From the NCBI GenBank assembly GCA_014894395.1, contig JADBLO010000094.1:346-64345 (forward strand): a stretch of 64,000 bases of DNA, read 5' to 3'. This DNA is from Thermoplasmata archaeon. Lineage in GTDB: Archaea > Thermoplasmatota > E2 > DHVEG-1. The translations under genes were made by a program, and so were the position numbers. The notes under the pieces are model-generated. The model was not told the DNA's origin. It searched no databases and saw only the letters and a program-made list of their open reading frames with translations. Positions 47,901-57,654 of the stretch are shown here, piece by piece. Every line of letters starts with the position of its first letter. Positions within the stretch are counted from its first letter, which is position 1.

Positions 47901-48001
47901 GGATTTCGTTCGAGAAGAATACGATAAGTTTCGCTCCTTGCACCCTTATTTTTTTCATCAATTTTGTTATTCTGCCATCTAAAAAAAGCTCACATTCTCC
48001 A

Positions 48002-48529
48002 TTACTCGAGTAAAAGCAACCCATAGTAATTTTGAGGGCTGTGATAATCGTGAACCACTTCAATCGGATAACCCGCTGTCCTTGCAGTTTGGTACACATC
48101 GATGCCACAGGCTTCCATTGAAGGACGTGCTTCTTCCGGATGTGTACATCCTTTTTCCATATCGCATTTGTCACAGAGGGAACAGGGACCTGAGCCCATG
48201 CCAAATGCTTTGTAATAGCCGGAAAGAAACGCCTCACGCTCAAGGGTTGAGACAATGGTTTTTACATCCGTCCATTTCGAGGGACAATGAATCAAGAGAG
48301 CGGTTTTATATTCGTCGAGCATCCGTCTCGTTTCTTGCGGGGTTGGAGAAAAAGGTGGGCACGTGAGATGTTGACCGTATCCATCACAACCATACTGACA
48401 TTTCCGTCGTACCCATTCTGCGGTAAATACTTTTTTTGGAGAGATGATTGATGCTTTTTTTGCTCCTAACTTTCGAGCTCTTTGTATAAAATATGTTGGT
48501 AAAGGAAGAGACTTTTCACTCATCAACAC
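48002..48529 (-). CDS. DUF2284 family predicted metal-binding protein.
   Basis: Cys-rich motifs CQYGCDGYG...CPP...CSLCDKC...C. 175 aa. Confidence 0.7.
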   Translation of the reverse strand: MLMSEKSLPLPTYFIQRARKLGAKKASIISPKKVFTAEWVRRKCQYGCDGYGQHLTCPPFSPTPQETRRMLDEYKTALLIHCPSKWTDVKTIVSTLEREAFLSGYYKAFGMGSGPCSLCDKCDMEKGCTHPEEARPSMEACGIDVYQTARTAGYPIEVVHDYHSPQNYYGLLLLE

Positions 48530-48616
48530 TCATACATGATTATTTACCATTTAAATAATTCTGTTAAATAGTTGATTGAAACATTTTACGAATTAAAGAC
48601 GAGTTAAAATAGGAAA

Positions 48617-49077
48617 TTAATTTTTTGTACAAAATGAAGTTTTGACCACATGTTGTTTGGTTTTTCCATACTCATAGGTGGGGTTATACGGGCTTGTTTC
48701 ATCGCCGGGGATGCTTGTTACTGGGGCAATTGCCTCCGTCGAACTACTGTAAATGAAATGCTGTACACCGTGTTGAAGAGCGTCTCCTGCAATGGTCTGT
48801 GTCGCCTTCACATTATGGTTATACAATAAGTCCCAGGGGTCGTGAAACCGCATCAACCCCGCGAGATGAACGACGACATCAACATCTTTGGTAACGTCTT
48901 TAAGGGAACCTGGTTTGAGCAGATCTGCCTTTCTCATCTCGATTCCCTGTTTTTCATACATCAATACCTTTTCCGTATCTCTGAACGTCCCTACAAGATC
49001 ATAGCTCTTTTTTTCAGTAGCTCCTGTGCAAGATGAGCCCCAATAAAACCAGTTACTCCGGTGATTAACACGTTCAT
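48617..49077 (-). pseudogene. Frameshifted and C-terminally truncated NAD-dependent epimerase/dehydratase gene.
   Basis: The ATG at 49075-49077 gives MNVLITGVTGFIGAHLAQELLKK, then an in-frame stop. The rest of the homology (VDVVVHLAG, FIYSSS, YGKTK) continues in the +1 frame after an A7 homopolymer. The ORF ends at about 200 aa, with the C-terminal third missing and non-coding sequence after it. Confidence 0.6.
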
Positions 49078-49305
49078 GATAGTCTCCTACGCAACTCGCA
49101 TTTGGTAATACATTTGTTGATTTTATATCTGTTGACCAGTTCTTTATTGTTTTTGGATTGAGATAATTGTTATACGATGAGAGATAGAGTGTAGCGATGG
49201 GAATTGGATATCGATACGAATATATTATTAACAATCGTTAAGATTATATAGGGGATTGATGGTTATTTTTATTAGGAGTCTTAAGAATTTACCGAGGGTT
49301 ATCCG

Positions 49306-51348
49306 ATGAGCGATATAATGGTTTGGAAAAAATATGGATCATTACTTTTTGTAGTACTTCTTGCAAGTGTATCTGTACTACCATTCGTTGCAGATGCTGC
49401 AGATTCGACCACTTTTATTCAATCTCCAATCCACTATTTGAATGATCCAAGAGGGAATGATTGGTGGCCGATGTTCCGCCATGATGTAACACATAATGGT
49501 TTTTCAACGACAACCGCACCGGAAGATAATCAAGTGCTGTGGTCGTATCAGACGAATTATGTCATCTCATCGTCACCTGCAATGTCTCATGGGCGAGTCT
49601 ATATTGGTTCATGGGACTGGAACCTATACTGCTTAGATATGGATAGCGGGAGTCTCGTATGGAATTATTCAACAACGGGGGAGATTACTTCGTCTCCAGC
49701 AGTTGCAAATGGGAAAGTCTATGTCGGTTCACAGGATTCAAAGCTGTATTGTCTGAATGCGATTGATGGAACATTCCTCTGGAGTTATAAAACAGATTTT
49801 ATCATTGATACCTCACCGACCGTTATAGACGACAAAGTATTTTTTGGTTCTAGTGACGGTTCACTATACTGTTTAGACGCAGATGATGGATATCTCCTCT
49901 GGAAATATCAAACAGGGAGTGTTATCGTGTCATCTCCAGCAGTGACAGATGAAAAGGTCTATTTTGGTGTTACGAATGGTGATTTCTTATGTGTGGATAG
50001 TGATAATGGAGCTTTCATCTGGGAATATACCATGACCGATGGAACATACTCTTCGCCGACAGTATTTGATGGAAAGATTTACTTTGGATCAAATGACAAA
50101 AACGTGTATTGTTTGGATGCGGATGATGGGAGTCTGATGTGGAATTATAGCGCACTCAGCGAAGTCCATTCATCACCCGCAATCGCATATGATTATCTCT
50201 ATATCGGTACGAGCGATGGGAGGTTGCTCTGTCTAACCAGAGACACCGGTGGGTTTGTATGGAGCTATCAAATAAGCGGTAGTGTCGAATCATCACCTGC
50301 AGTTGCTGATGGCAAGGTCTATTTTGGTACAAATCCGTGTTGTGGTTTTTTAAGTTATTTCATCTGTCTTAATGCATTTAGTGGAACCAAGATTTGGGAG
50401 TATAATTTTAACCTACTAACAGGTTCAAAATCATCCGCTGCCCTTGCAGCAAGTAAGGTGTTTGTTGGTTCCGCAGACGGAAAAGTGTATGCATTCGGAG
50501 ACATAGAATTCCTCGCTGATGCAAACGGCCCCTATCACGGTGTTATCAACACGTCGGTTGATTTTATAGGATCGGCGTATGGAGGAGAACTAGGTTTTTC
50601 ATGGTACTGGGACTTTGGTGATAACGCGACATCAACAGATCAGAATCCAACACATGCCTATGCGTCTCTAGGGGAGTATACGGTGACGCTCACTGTGACA
50701 GATAACATTGGTGATGTGACAACGGATGAGACATCGGTATTTATTGAAATACCGAATACACCACCTGAAATACCAGTAATCGATGGTCCAACAACGGGAA
50801 AACCAGGAAAGTCCTATGAGTACACCTTCACTGCATCAGACTCAAATGGGGATAAGATCCTCTATTCTATTGATTGGGGAGATAACACGACGAGTGGATG
50901 GATAGGACCATTTCTCTCTGGAGTTGAGCTGAAACGAGAGCATACGTGGTCTGAAAAAGGGTCATATATAGTGAAAGCCAAAACAAAAGACAACCATGGC
51001 GCAGAGAGCAACTGGTCAGATCCCTTTGAAATGACGATTACTGCACCAACACTTGATATCGAAATAAAAGGTGGGTTTGGCGTCACAGTTACAATTATAA
51101 ACGATGGCGATGCTCCTGCGACGAATGTCTCCTGGAACATCACATTCGATAGCGGTTTTGTCTTCCCTGCGTTAAAAAATGGTATGATCCCTACGATTTC
51201 TGCAGGTGGACAAGCACCAATACAAGTGTTGGTGTTCGGCTTTGGTAAAACGACATTTACCGTCTCAGTGATGTGTAACGAGGAAATATCTGCCAAAAAA
51301 ATTGCACATGCATCGCTGTTGCTGTTCTTTGTTATCGGGGTAAAATAA
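49306..51348 (+). CDS. Secreted PQQ-like beta-propeller repeat protein with PKD domains and a C-terminal membrane anchor.
   Basis: Signal peptide, then repeated VYxGSxDxxLYCLDAxxGxxxWxY blades, then WDFGDNATSTDQNPTHAY...YTVTLTVTDN PKD motifs, then a hydrophobic C-terminus. 680 aa. Confidence 0.85.
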   Translation: MSDIMVWKKYGSLLFVVLLASVSVLPFVADAADSTTFIQSPIHYLNDPRGNDWWPMFRHDVTHNGFSTTTAPEDNQVLWSYQTNYVISSSPAMSHGRVYIGSWDWNLYCLDMDSGSLVWNYSTTGEITSSPAVANGKVYVGSQDSKLYCLNAIDGTFLWSYKTDFIIDTSPTVIDDKVFFGSSDGSLYCLDADDGYLLWKYQTGSVIVSSPAVTDEKVYFGVTNGDFLCVDSDNGAFIWEYTMTDGTYSSPTVFDGKIYFGSNDKNVYCLDADDGSLMWNYSALSEVHSSPAIAYDYLYIGTSDGRLLCLTRDTGGFVWSYQISGSVESSPAVADGKVYFGTNPCCGFLSYFICLNAFSGTKIWEYNFNLLTGSKSSAALAASKVFVGSADGKVYAFGDIEFLADANGPYHGVINTSVDFIGSAYGGELGFSWYWDFGDNATSTDQNPTHAYASLGEYTVTLTVTDNIGDVTTDETSVFIEIPNTPPEIPVIDGPTTGKPGKSYEYTFTASDSNGDKILYSIDWGDNTTSGWIGPFLSGVELKREHTWSEKGSYIVKAKTKDNHGAESNWSDPFEMTITAPTLDIEIKGGFGVTVTIINDGDAPATNVSWNITFDSGFVFPALKNGMIPTISAGGQAPIQVLVFGFGKTTFTVSVMCNEEISAKKIAHASLLLFFVIGVK

Positions 51349-51474
51349 TCCTCGTTCCGCTCCATTCTTTCCTTTTATTGTAAAGAGGAAATGTTGTTTC
51401 TTTAAGCATTACTGACCTTCATTTATATATTATTTTATGGACAATATCCTTTGATGTTTCTGAATAAAAGGAGG

Positions 51475-51491
51475 TTTTTTTTAAAAAAAAA
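51475..51491. terminator. Bidirectional oligo-T/oligo-A tract between convergent genes.
   Basis: aaaggagg-T8-A9-gag, so each convergent transcript meets a run of at least 8 U downstream of its stop, which is the archaeal oligo-T terminator type. Confidence 0.35.
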
Positions 51492-51507
51492 GAGAAAATG
51501 CGATGGT

Positions 51508-53994
51508 TTACTGGTAGCCACCGATTTTTAACGTAGGATCGCCGAGCAACACCCATTGTTGAACGGATTTTGGATGTCCCGCAGCAAGATCGGTCATGTC
51601 GAAGGTATTGACGTAGCTTGTCAGAGTCTGCTGGTATGCTTGCCCTAGGATATCGAGTCCTTCCGCTCCGTACTGTTTGAAGAATTCAATGGTGATCCAT
51701 CCGTCACCACCGCCTGTTGTGAGATCAATACCAGGCATACCATACCCAAGCCCTGTGTTTCCCATGGTAGCGATGGCACCGCCATGTGGGTTTCGAATCA
51801 GTCTCCAACTGAATGCTTCTGGAACCGGCGTCCCGTAACACCACATGTGTATTTTTGGGAAGTTCGGAAACACATAAATCATAGCATCAAGAAGCCCATA
51901 CACCATCGAGACATTGAACTGACTGTTATGACAACCACCAATCACTGCAATGGGGAGTTTCTCTTCATTTCGAATGGTATCCATCGGGAATATCGGCTTT
52001 GTAAAATATGGTGACCAAGGACGCAGCGTGGTTACTTCAAGCCCGGTGATGCTTCCATATTTACGATTTCCTGGAATACCAGGATAATGATCAGCCCACA
52101 CGTTTGGACTGCCGTGACCGGAAAGGAAAATAAAACCAGCACCTTCGTTCCATGCATTAATGACGTCCTGCTCTCCGGTGTATTTACCATTGGATGCCCA
52201 GATGATATCACGTTGGAACTCTTCCGGCATGTAATACAGAGCACCGCCTCTGCCAAGTAACGCCTGTTCACCAGTGGTATATTCTCCTTCGTAGTACATC
52301 TCTGTGTTATTTCGCCAGTCTTCAAACACGATATCATCGGTGCTATTTTTTATCCACACATGGATGCTGCTGAGATTCCCGTATGGTTTGGGGTCATAGC
52401 TTTTTCCCCGGATGGTAAGAACCTCATCAAGATAGCTCATGTTTGCCCAGAAGTAGAATTCGTTACAATAGGCTTCTCCATCATTGGGGACATAGGTAAA
52501 ATCGGTGTTGCCAAGAACATTTCCTTCTGAAACAGTCACGATTTCAGCGATGGGTAAACCTGGGTAATGGTTGATCCGTAAATTATCATTATGGTTGAAG
52601 GTGAGGTTGGTCTCTTTGATTTTGTCAACGGTGACATTGATTGTTTCAATGGGTCCGTATTCTGCAGAAGGGTTGCTGCTCTGCGCATAAATCGTGTATG
52701 CTCCTGTTGGGAGACCAGTTGTGTCCCATTGTATGTTTAAATCCTTTTGGTCAAGGAACCCGTCACCACTGATAACCGTCATTTTCTTGAACCACTCAGC
52801 CCCGTAGGTAGTAGTCTCATAGTTGATGATTTTTTTGACCACAGTTCGTACCTCAGCAACGCTTACGCAAGCAAGTCTGCCAAGAGCAACATCAGGGTAG
52901 AGATCAAGTCCTGTGTCATTTTCAACCCCTGGTTTTCCCCACGCAGCAAAAACCCCATCACCATTGGGATCCCAGCTTGAGAAATTTCCTCCGTTTTCGT
53001 AGATATCAGCATAGTATAAATCACTGATAACACCAGGGTCAAAATATGTTACTTCAGCGGTTAAGGGGAATTTCGGGTCGTCATAGAGATTGGTGTATCG
53101 AACAGGAACATTCCAGCCTTTGCTGCCTTGGTTAGCATCGTCTCTGGGTTTTGCACAAAACATGCTTTTCAGTCCACCGATGAGCAGGACTGAGGTTATC
53201 CCCTGGGTTTCTATAGCGTCTTTGATGAAGTATTTGATTTGTTCTGGTTTATCAACACCGACATACTCGGCATAAATATCCTCTGTGGTTTTCAAATATG
53301 TACTAACATTATAACTGTTTTTATGATCGATAAGTGGTTGAAGTGCGCTTTCAAATTTTTCTGGTGCAATGATGACTAGATCATATGCGCTGGTTGCTGG
53401 AAACGGGGAATGCGCTAAAGGTGTATAGGTAACACTGATGTCTGCGTTGTTTGCTATCTGTAAGGTTCCTGTTGCTGGTGTGTATCGAATCGGATAATAA
53501 TGAATAGAAAGGAAGGTAACATGTTGGTTGTTTTTGTTTAATCCGACGCCGGTTGTTGTGGTGTACCAGGTTGTTGGATATGGTGTTGTCATTGCATAAA
53601 TGGATTCATCTTTCATCGTGGTACCGGCAGCGATACTTTGATATTCTGGGGTGAGGGGAAGGAGCGCAGCTGCTGGTTTGATTTCTTGGTCGATATACTG
53701 AGTGGTGATGTCTTGTGGGGTAAGAGAAACACGAATATCGGTTGATCCAAATGGTAGTTCAATGATATGAACGAGTTCTGGAAGTCGTGGATGACCTGTG
53801 ATGGAGAGATACGTTGAAGACCCTGCGAGTTCAAGCATGATATAATCGTTGTTTGCTGATTGGATCTCCACCTGTGGTGTGGAGAGATGTTGAGATAGAG
53901 ACATGGTTGCCTGTTGGTTGGTTTTTATTCCTACGACTCCTAGTGTGGAGCCAACAAGAATTCCTACAATAAACAGTATTGCTATTTTTTTCAT
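51508..53994 (-). CDS. Secreted gingipain-like (peptidase C25 family) cysteine peptidase-domain protein.
   Basis: Signal peptide, then the C25-like N-terminal block LVIIAPEKFESALQPLIDHK...SVLLIGG. Candidate catalytic His (FLSGHGSP) and Cys (IGGCHNS) lie about 60 aa apart. 828 aa. Confidence 0.55.
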   Translation of the reverse strand: MKKIAILFIVGILVGSTLGVVGIKTNQQATMSLSQHLSTPQVEIQSANNDYIMLELAGSSTYLSITGHPRLPELVHIIELPFGSTDIRVSLTPQDITTQYIDQEIKPAAALLPLTPEYQSIAAGTTMKDESIYAMTTPYPTTWYTTTTGVGLNKNNQHVTFLSIHYYPIRYTPATGTLQIANNADISVTYTPLAHSPFPATSAYDLVIIAPEKFESALQPLIDHKNSYNVSTYLKTTEDIYAEYVGVDKPEQIKYFIKDAIETQGITSVLLIGGLKSMFCAKPRDDANQGSKGWNVPVRYTNLYDDPKFPLTAEVTYFDPGVISDLYYADIYENGGNFSSWDPNGDGVFAAWGKPGVENDTGLDLYPDVALGRLACVSVAEVRTVVKKIINYETTTYGAEWFKKMTVISGDGFLDQKDLNIQWDTTGLPTGAYTIYAQSSNPSAEYGPIETINVTVDKIKETNLTFNHNDNLRINHYPGLPIAEIVTVSEGNVLGNTDFTYVPNDGEAYCNEFYFWANMSYLDEVLTIRGKSYDPKPYGNLSSIHVWIKNSTDDIVFEDWRNNTEMYYEGEYTTGEQALLGRGGALYYMPEEFQRDIIWASNGKYTGEQDVINAWNEGAGFIFLSGHGSPNVWADHYPGIPGNRKYGSITGLEVTTLRPWSPYFTKPIFPMDTIRNEEKLPIAVIGGCHNSQFNVSMVYGLLDAMIYVFPNFPKIHMWCYGTPVPEAFSWRLIRNPHGGAIATMGNTGLGYGMPGIDLTTGGGDGWITIEFFKQYGAEGLDILGQAYQQTLTSYVNTFDMTDLAAGHPKSVQQWVLLGDPTLKIGGYQ

Positions 53995-54266
53995 ATTATT
54001 TAAGACCCCCTATTTTATTATTTTATATTATGGTTCAGTAGTAATTAAATATTTTGGTCATCCCTTCAACAGTACGATAGAGGTTATTCTCTCCTTTTAA
54101 TGGCAGTATATGTGCTATCACTTCGATTTTTCTTTATTAATTAGTTACTACAAAATAATGATGTAAATCATATGTTGTATTCGACTCATTTTTGGGGGTA
54201 CAACCGAAATATGTTGTATAGATTGGAGATCAAACATCGTGTGATCTTTCGTTTATGGTTATCGCA

Positions 54267-55409
54267 TTACTTGTTTTTGACTTCTTTAACACTAAGAAAT
54301 TCAGCGGCGTCCCCCTTGTAAATTGTTGGTGTCACAGTAATTTCCACTAACAACTCAGTATGTTCTTTGGTGAATAACACAGTTCTAAAAGAGTTTGAAG
54401 TAACACCTTTTAATCTATTGAGATAGTATTTTCTGGCATCCTCAAAGCCGTGAGGAGCGATAAAAACAAAAAAACTCTTCTGTAAAAGTTCATTACTTTC
54501 ATAACCGAGAAAATCAGCAAAGGAATTGCTAATTTGTTTGAAAATCCCTCTCTGTACGACCGCAACGACTTCATTCGTATCATCAATAATGAGACGATCC
54601 TCCATTTTTTCTTTCATAAAAATTTTGTCATCCGCGGGGATATTTCTTACGAGGTTTTTCTCATCAATCTGAATTTTTTCTTTTGATTCAAAATAAGGGA
54701 TAACGCGATCAGTAAACATTTTCTCCTGGTTTATAAGATTTCTTCGTCGCTCTTCGATATCGTTTTCCAATTTTTCAATTCGTACTGTTTTTCTTTCAAG
54801 GTCCTCTAACATGGTCTGCATTTTTTGAAGAATAGTATCTGACACTTTTTTTAGTTCAACCGTGCTCTCTGAGAGAAGAGACGTCTGAGGTTGCTGATTG
54901 ACGTTCGCATTTTTTGCAAAGAGAGACTTGACTCGCACAGAAGTAGGTTCCTTCTCCATAATTTTCATCGCTACCGGTTCTTTTTTACGGAGCATCGTCG
55001 GGGTTTCTACACCTTTTAAGACGTACTGATAATCGATGAGAACAACAAGGAGCAGACAACCAAACAGACCATAGTGATAGACATATGCTATATCCATTGG
55101 GCTAAACATAATGGTGAACCCCAAGCTCGATAACATCACAGAGGTCGGGAGGAAAGAGAGAAGTAAATTTCGTTTACCGGACCGTAGATGCAGATACATA
55201 TCGGCGAGTATAATCATCAAGGAAAGTAATCCCAGTTGCACGTTGCTCAATCCTGATAAAAGATAAAAGGGCGTGAGTTCAAAGATGAACTTTGGTTCAA
55301 AGGCGGCTCTGAAAAAGAAAATAAACACGAACTTCACCAAGAGATAAATTGAAAAAAATATGAATAGGCAACAGGGAAAAAGCCAAGAACGACGACTATA
55401 CTTTTTCAT
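54267..55409 (-). CDS. Membrane protein with N-terminal TM helices, a coiled coil and a C-terminal PAS-like domain.
   Basis: 4-5 hydrophobic helices, an LEDLERKTVRIEKLENDIEERRR coiled coil, and a PAS-like C-terminal fold. 380 aa. Confidence 0.5.
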   Translation of the reverse strand: MKKYSRRSWLFPCCLFIFFSIYLLVKFVFIFFFRAAFEPKFIFELTPFYLLSGLSNVQLGLLSLMIILADMYLHLRSGKRNLLLSFLPTSVMLSSLGFTIMFSPMDIAYVYHYGLFGCLLLVVLIDYQYVLKGVETPTMLRKKEPVAMKIMEKEPTSVRVKSLFAKNANVNQQPQTSLLSESTVELKKVSDTILQKMQTMLEDLERKTVRIEKLENDIEERRRNLINQEKMFTDRVIPYFESKEKIQIDEKNLVRNIPADDKIFMKEKMEDRLIIDDTNEVVAVVQRGIFKQISNSFADFLGYESNELLQKSFFVFIAPHGFEDARKYYLNRLKGVTSNSFRTVLFTKEHTELLVEITVTPTIYKGDAAEFLSVKEVKNK

Positions 55410-56088
55410 AGTTTCCTCGTCTTTTTTCTAGCATCCCTGTTTTTTTAAGATAATACACGACACCAATCGACCCGAGTACTATTGCGATTAAATCGACAAG
55501 ATACGGAGGGATATCGATAGTAATTCGTAAACCTATCCAAGGAATCACAATAGTATTGCCGCTTCTCATTGATTCTTCACTGTTGTAATAGATATATGCC
55601 TCTGCGGGGGTGGATCCCGCTCTATCATTTATCACAATGCTTAAGCCGGTAAAAAATGTTTTTTGAAAGACGAATCGTACTGCAATGTCGCAGCGTTCAT
55701 CGATGGTTTCTTTCTTGTTTGATTTTTCGAAAAAACACTTTTCGATAACCAATAAATGATTATTCTCAGGTGTTTCGCTGAATTCATTTATTTCAACATA
55801 GGAGTCCAAACTCGTATATTGTTGGAAAATAAACGTAGAGAGCCTTACGCCATAATTGTCGAGGGTCACACTCACATTATTGATATCAGCCCAGGAGTTA
55901 TAATCTGAAATATTGAGATACACTCGGATAAAATTATCCTGCTCCTCAACACGGATATACCCGTATTTTGGTGGGACGTTTATTACTCCTACACCTGCTT
56001 GCCCTGCGCTTGCGTTCAGCGGAACAAGTACTGAACAGAGGACGAGGGTTGTGAACATTAGTAGAAAGGGTAAAATGATTTTTCTCAT
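55396..56088 (-). CDS. Secreted hypothetical protein with a C-terminal TM anchor.
   Basis: Signal peptide, C-terminal hydrophobic helix plus a basic tail. Overlaps the downstream gene by 14 nt. Confidence 0.45.
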   Translation of the reverse strand: MRKIILPFLLMFTTLVLCSVLVPLNASAGQAGVGVINVPPKYGYIRVEEQDNFIRVYLNISDYNSWADINNVSVTLDNYGVRLSTFIFQQYTSLDSYVEINEFSETPENNHLLVIEKCFFEKSNKKETIDERCDIAVRFVFQKTFFTGLSIVINDRAGSTPAEAYIYYNSEESMRSGNTIVIPWIGLRITIDIPPYLVDLIAIVLGSIGVVYYLKKTGMLEKRRGNYEKV

Positions 56089-56098
56089 TTTTTCTCTG

Positions 56099-57493
56099 TT
56101 ACCTCATTCTATTTTTAACGTATGATAAAACCATATAGATAACAACAAGCAGAACGACGATGATGACAATGATCTGCACGATGAAACCAGGGTTCGCAGA
56201 TGTTCCTTTGTCAGGTGATGCTGGCGGTCCAATGGTTATTTGAGTTGTATAGGTTTTAATTACTTCATCACTGCTTACTTTATAGGTAAGGATACCTGTT
56301 TTTCCCTCACCGAGAGCTTCAACGGTCACGACTATAGTCCGTTCTGAAGTATTTGTGGAAGTAAAAGAAATCGGAGAACGTGTTTCAGTAATGCCATCAT
56401 ACAATTTTAGCGCACTAATGTTTTTTTCATCTGCTGATACGTCTACAGTTACTGCCCCGTTACCGGAAACATATACATTGATATCTCGGATTTCCCCCTC
56501 ATACATGTTTAATCTTTCTAAATACTGGAAGGTTATCCCTGTGCCTTGGATTTCATCTAGTCTATAGTTGCTATGCCCTACATAGATGACCAACTGAGGT
56601 ACGTCTATAATAAAGGAGGTGTACAAGGTAACGGTCGCATTTGTATCGACGAAATATGAGCGAGGATATGAGCCGTTTAATTGTACATCCATTCTTTTAA
56701 TCCCAGGCGGCCAACTTTTCGAATGGACTATAACATAATGAGTGATGATATCATCCGGTAAAAATTTTTTATTTAGATCTGTAATTTCGATATCGTTGTA
56801 TTTTTCGTAATCGATATTTACGTTCAGCGGAATATTACCAATATTTCCTATCTTAAAGAAATTATCACCTTGAGCATCCATGATGGTGAATGGATCAACA
56901 TAAAATATGATTGAAGATGGTTTGCTCAATGAGATACCGGTTTTTGGTTTTTCTACGACAATACTCTCAGAATGAACTGTAGTTCCATCTTTTGATACTT
57001 CAACAGTCCAGTTTTCAAAATAGTCTACAATGTTAGGCATTGCATCCTTTATTCCTATACAAAAACTGTACAGAGTAGTGTTATTATAACAAGAATCCTG
57101 TTTTATGTACTCAGGACCATACCCGCTTACATCGTTCCAGACTGTTATATTATTTTTATCGTATTTCCACTCATAATAATTTGTTTCATTTTTATTTCCA
57201 GTTGTGAGTGTTATTCCTTTATAGAACCTCAATGACAATTCATCGATTATCTGATTCATGGTAATATTCACATACTGCCAGACACCAGCGACAAACACAG
57301 GTTTGTTAAAACGAGTTTGTTGTTCACCCTGCAACATCTTAATGGATAGAGATACCTCATCAGCTGCTGCTGTTGCAACAGTTGATACCAAGGTGCATAA
57401 ACATATTATGAGTATAAAAAAAACGATACTATGTTTTCTTGTTTGTTTTCCCACTCTCCTCTCTCCTGTAGTAAATCTAGACTGCTGAGTCAC
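56099..57493 (-). CDS. Cell-surface protein with a PGF-CTERM-like anchor.
   Basis: Signal peptide. The C-terminus NPGFIVQIIVIIVVLLVVIYMVLSYVKNRMR is a PGF tripeptide, a TM helix and a basic tail. Confidence 0.5.
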   Translation of the reverse strand: MTQQSRFTTGERRVGKQTRKHSIVFFILIICLCTLVSTVATAAADEVSLSIKMLQGEQQTRFNKPVFVAGVWQYVNITMNQIIDELSLRFYKGITLTTGNKNETNYYEWKYDKNNITVWNDVSGYGPEYIKQDSCYNNTTLYSFCIGIKDAMPNIVDYFENWTVEVSKDGTTVHSESIVVEKPKTGISLSKPSSIIFYVDPFTIMDAQGDNFFKIGNIGNIPLNVNIDYEKYNDIEITDLNKKFLPDDIITHYVIVHSKSWPPGIKRMDVQLNGSYPRSYFVDTNATVTLYTSFIIDVPQLVIYVGHSNYRLDEIQGTGITFQYLERLNMYEGEIRDINVYVSGNGAVTVDVSADEKNISALKLYDGITETRSPISFTSTNTSERTIVVTVEALGEGKTGILTYKVSSDEVIKTYTTQITIGPPASPDKGTSANPGFIVQIIVIIVVLLVVIYMVLSYVKNRMR

Positions 57494-57654
57494 CCATCCA
57501 TACTTCTTATCTTTATTCGTATATTAAAGTCTTTCTTTGAAAAGATATTTTTTCGATAGTAATTAAGAGAGGAAGAGCATGACAAAATGACTTTACATTA
57601 CATACAAAAAATAAAATTTTTATTAAAAAAAAGGGGGGGATTGGTGTTGTATCA

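Noticed and set aside
47779-48255. 158-aa minus-strand ORF.
   Set aside because: It overlaps both the 47493..47900 ORF and the DUF2284 gene. It has no domain and is likely spurious.
57494-57654. Possible CRISPR/repeat, or ncRNA, in an AT-rich intergenic region containing aaaaaaaagggggggatt.
   Set aside because: There are no direct repeats with regular spacing, only a homopolymer-rich promoter or leader region. No CRISPR arrays, tRNAs or rRNAs were found anywhere in the window.
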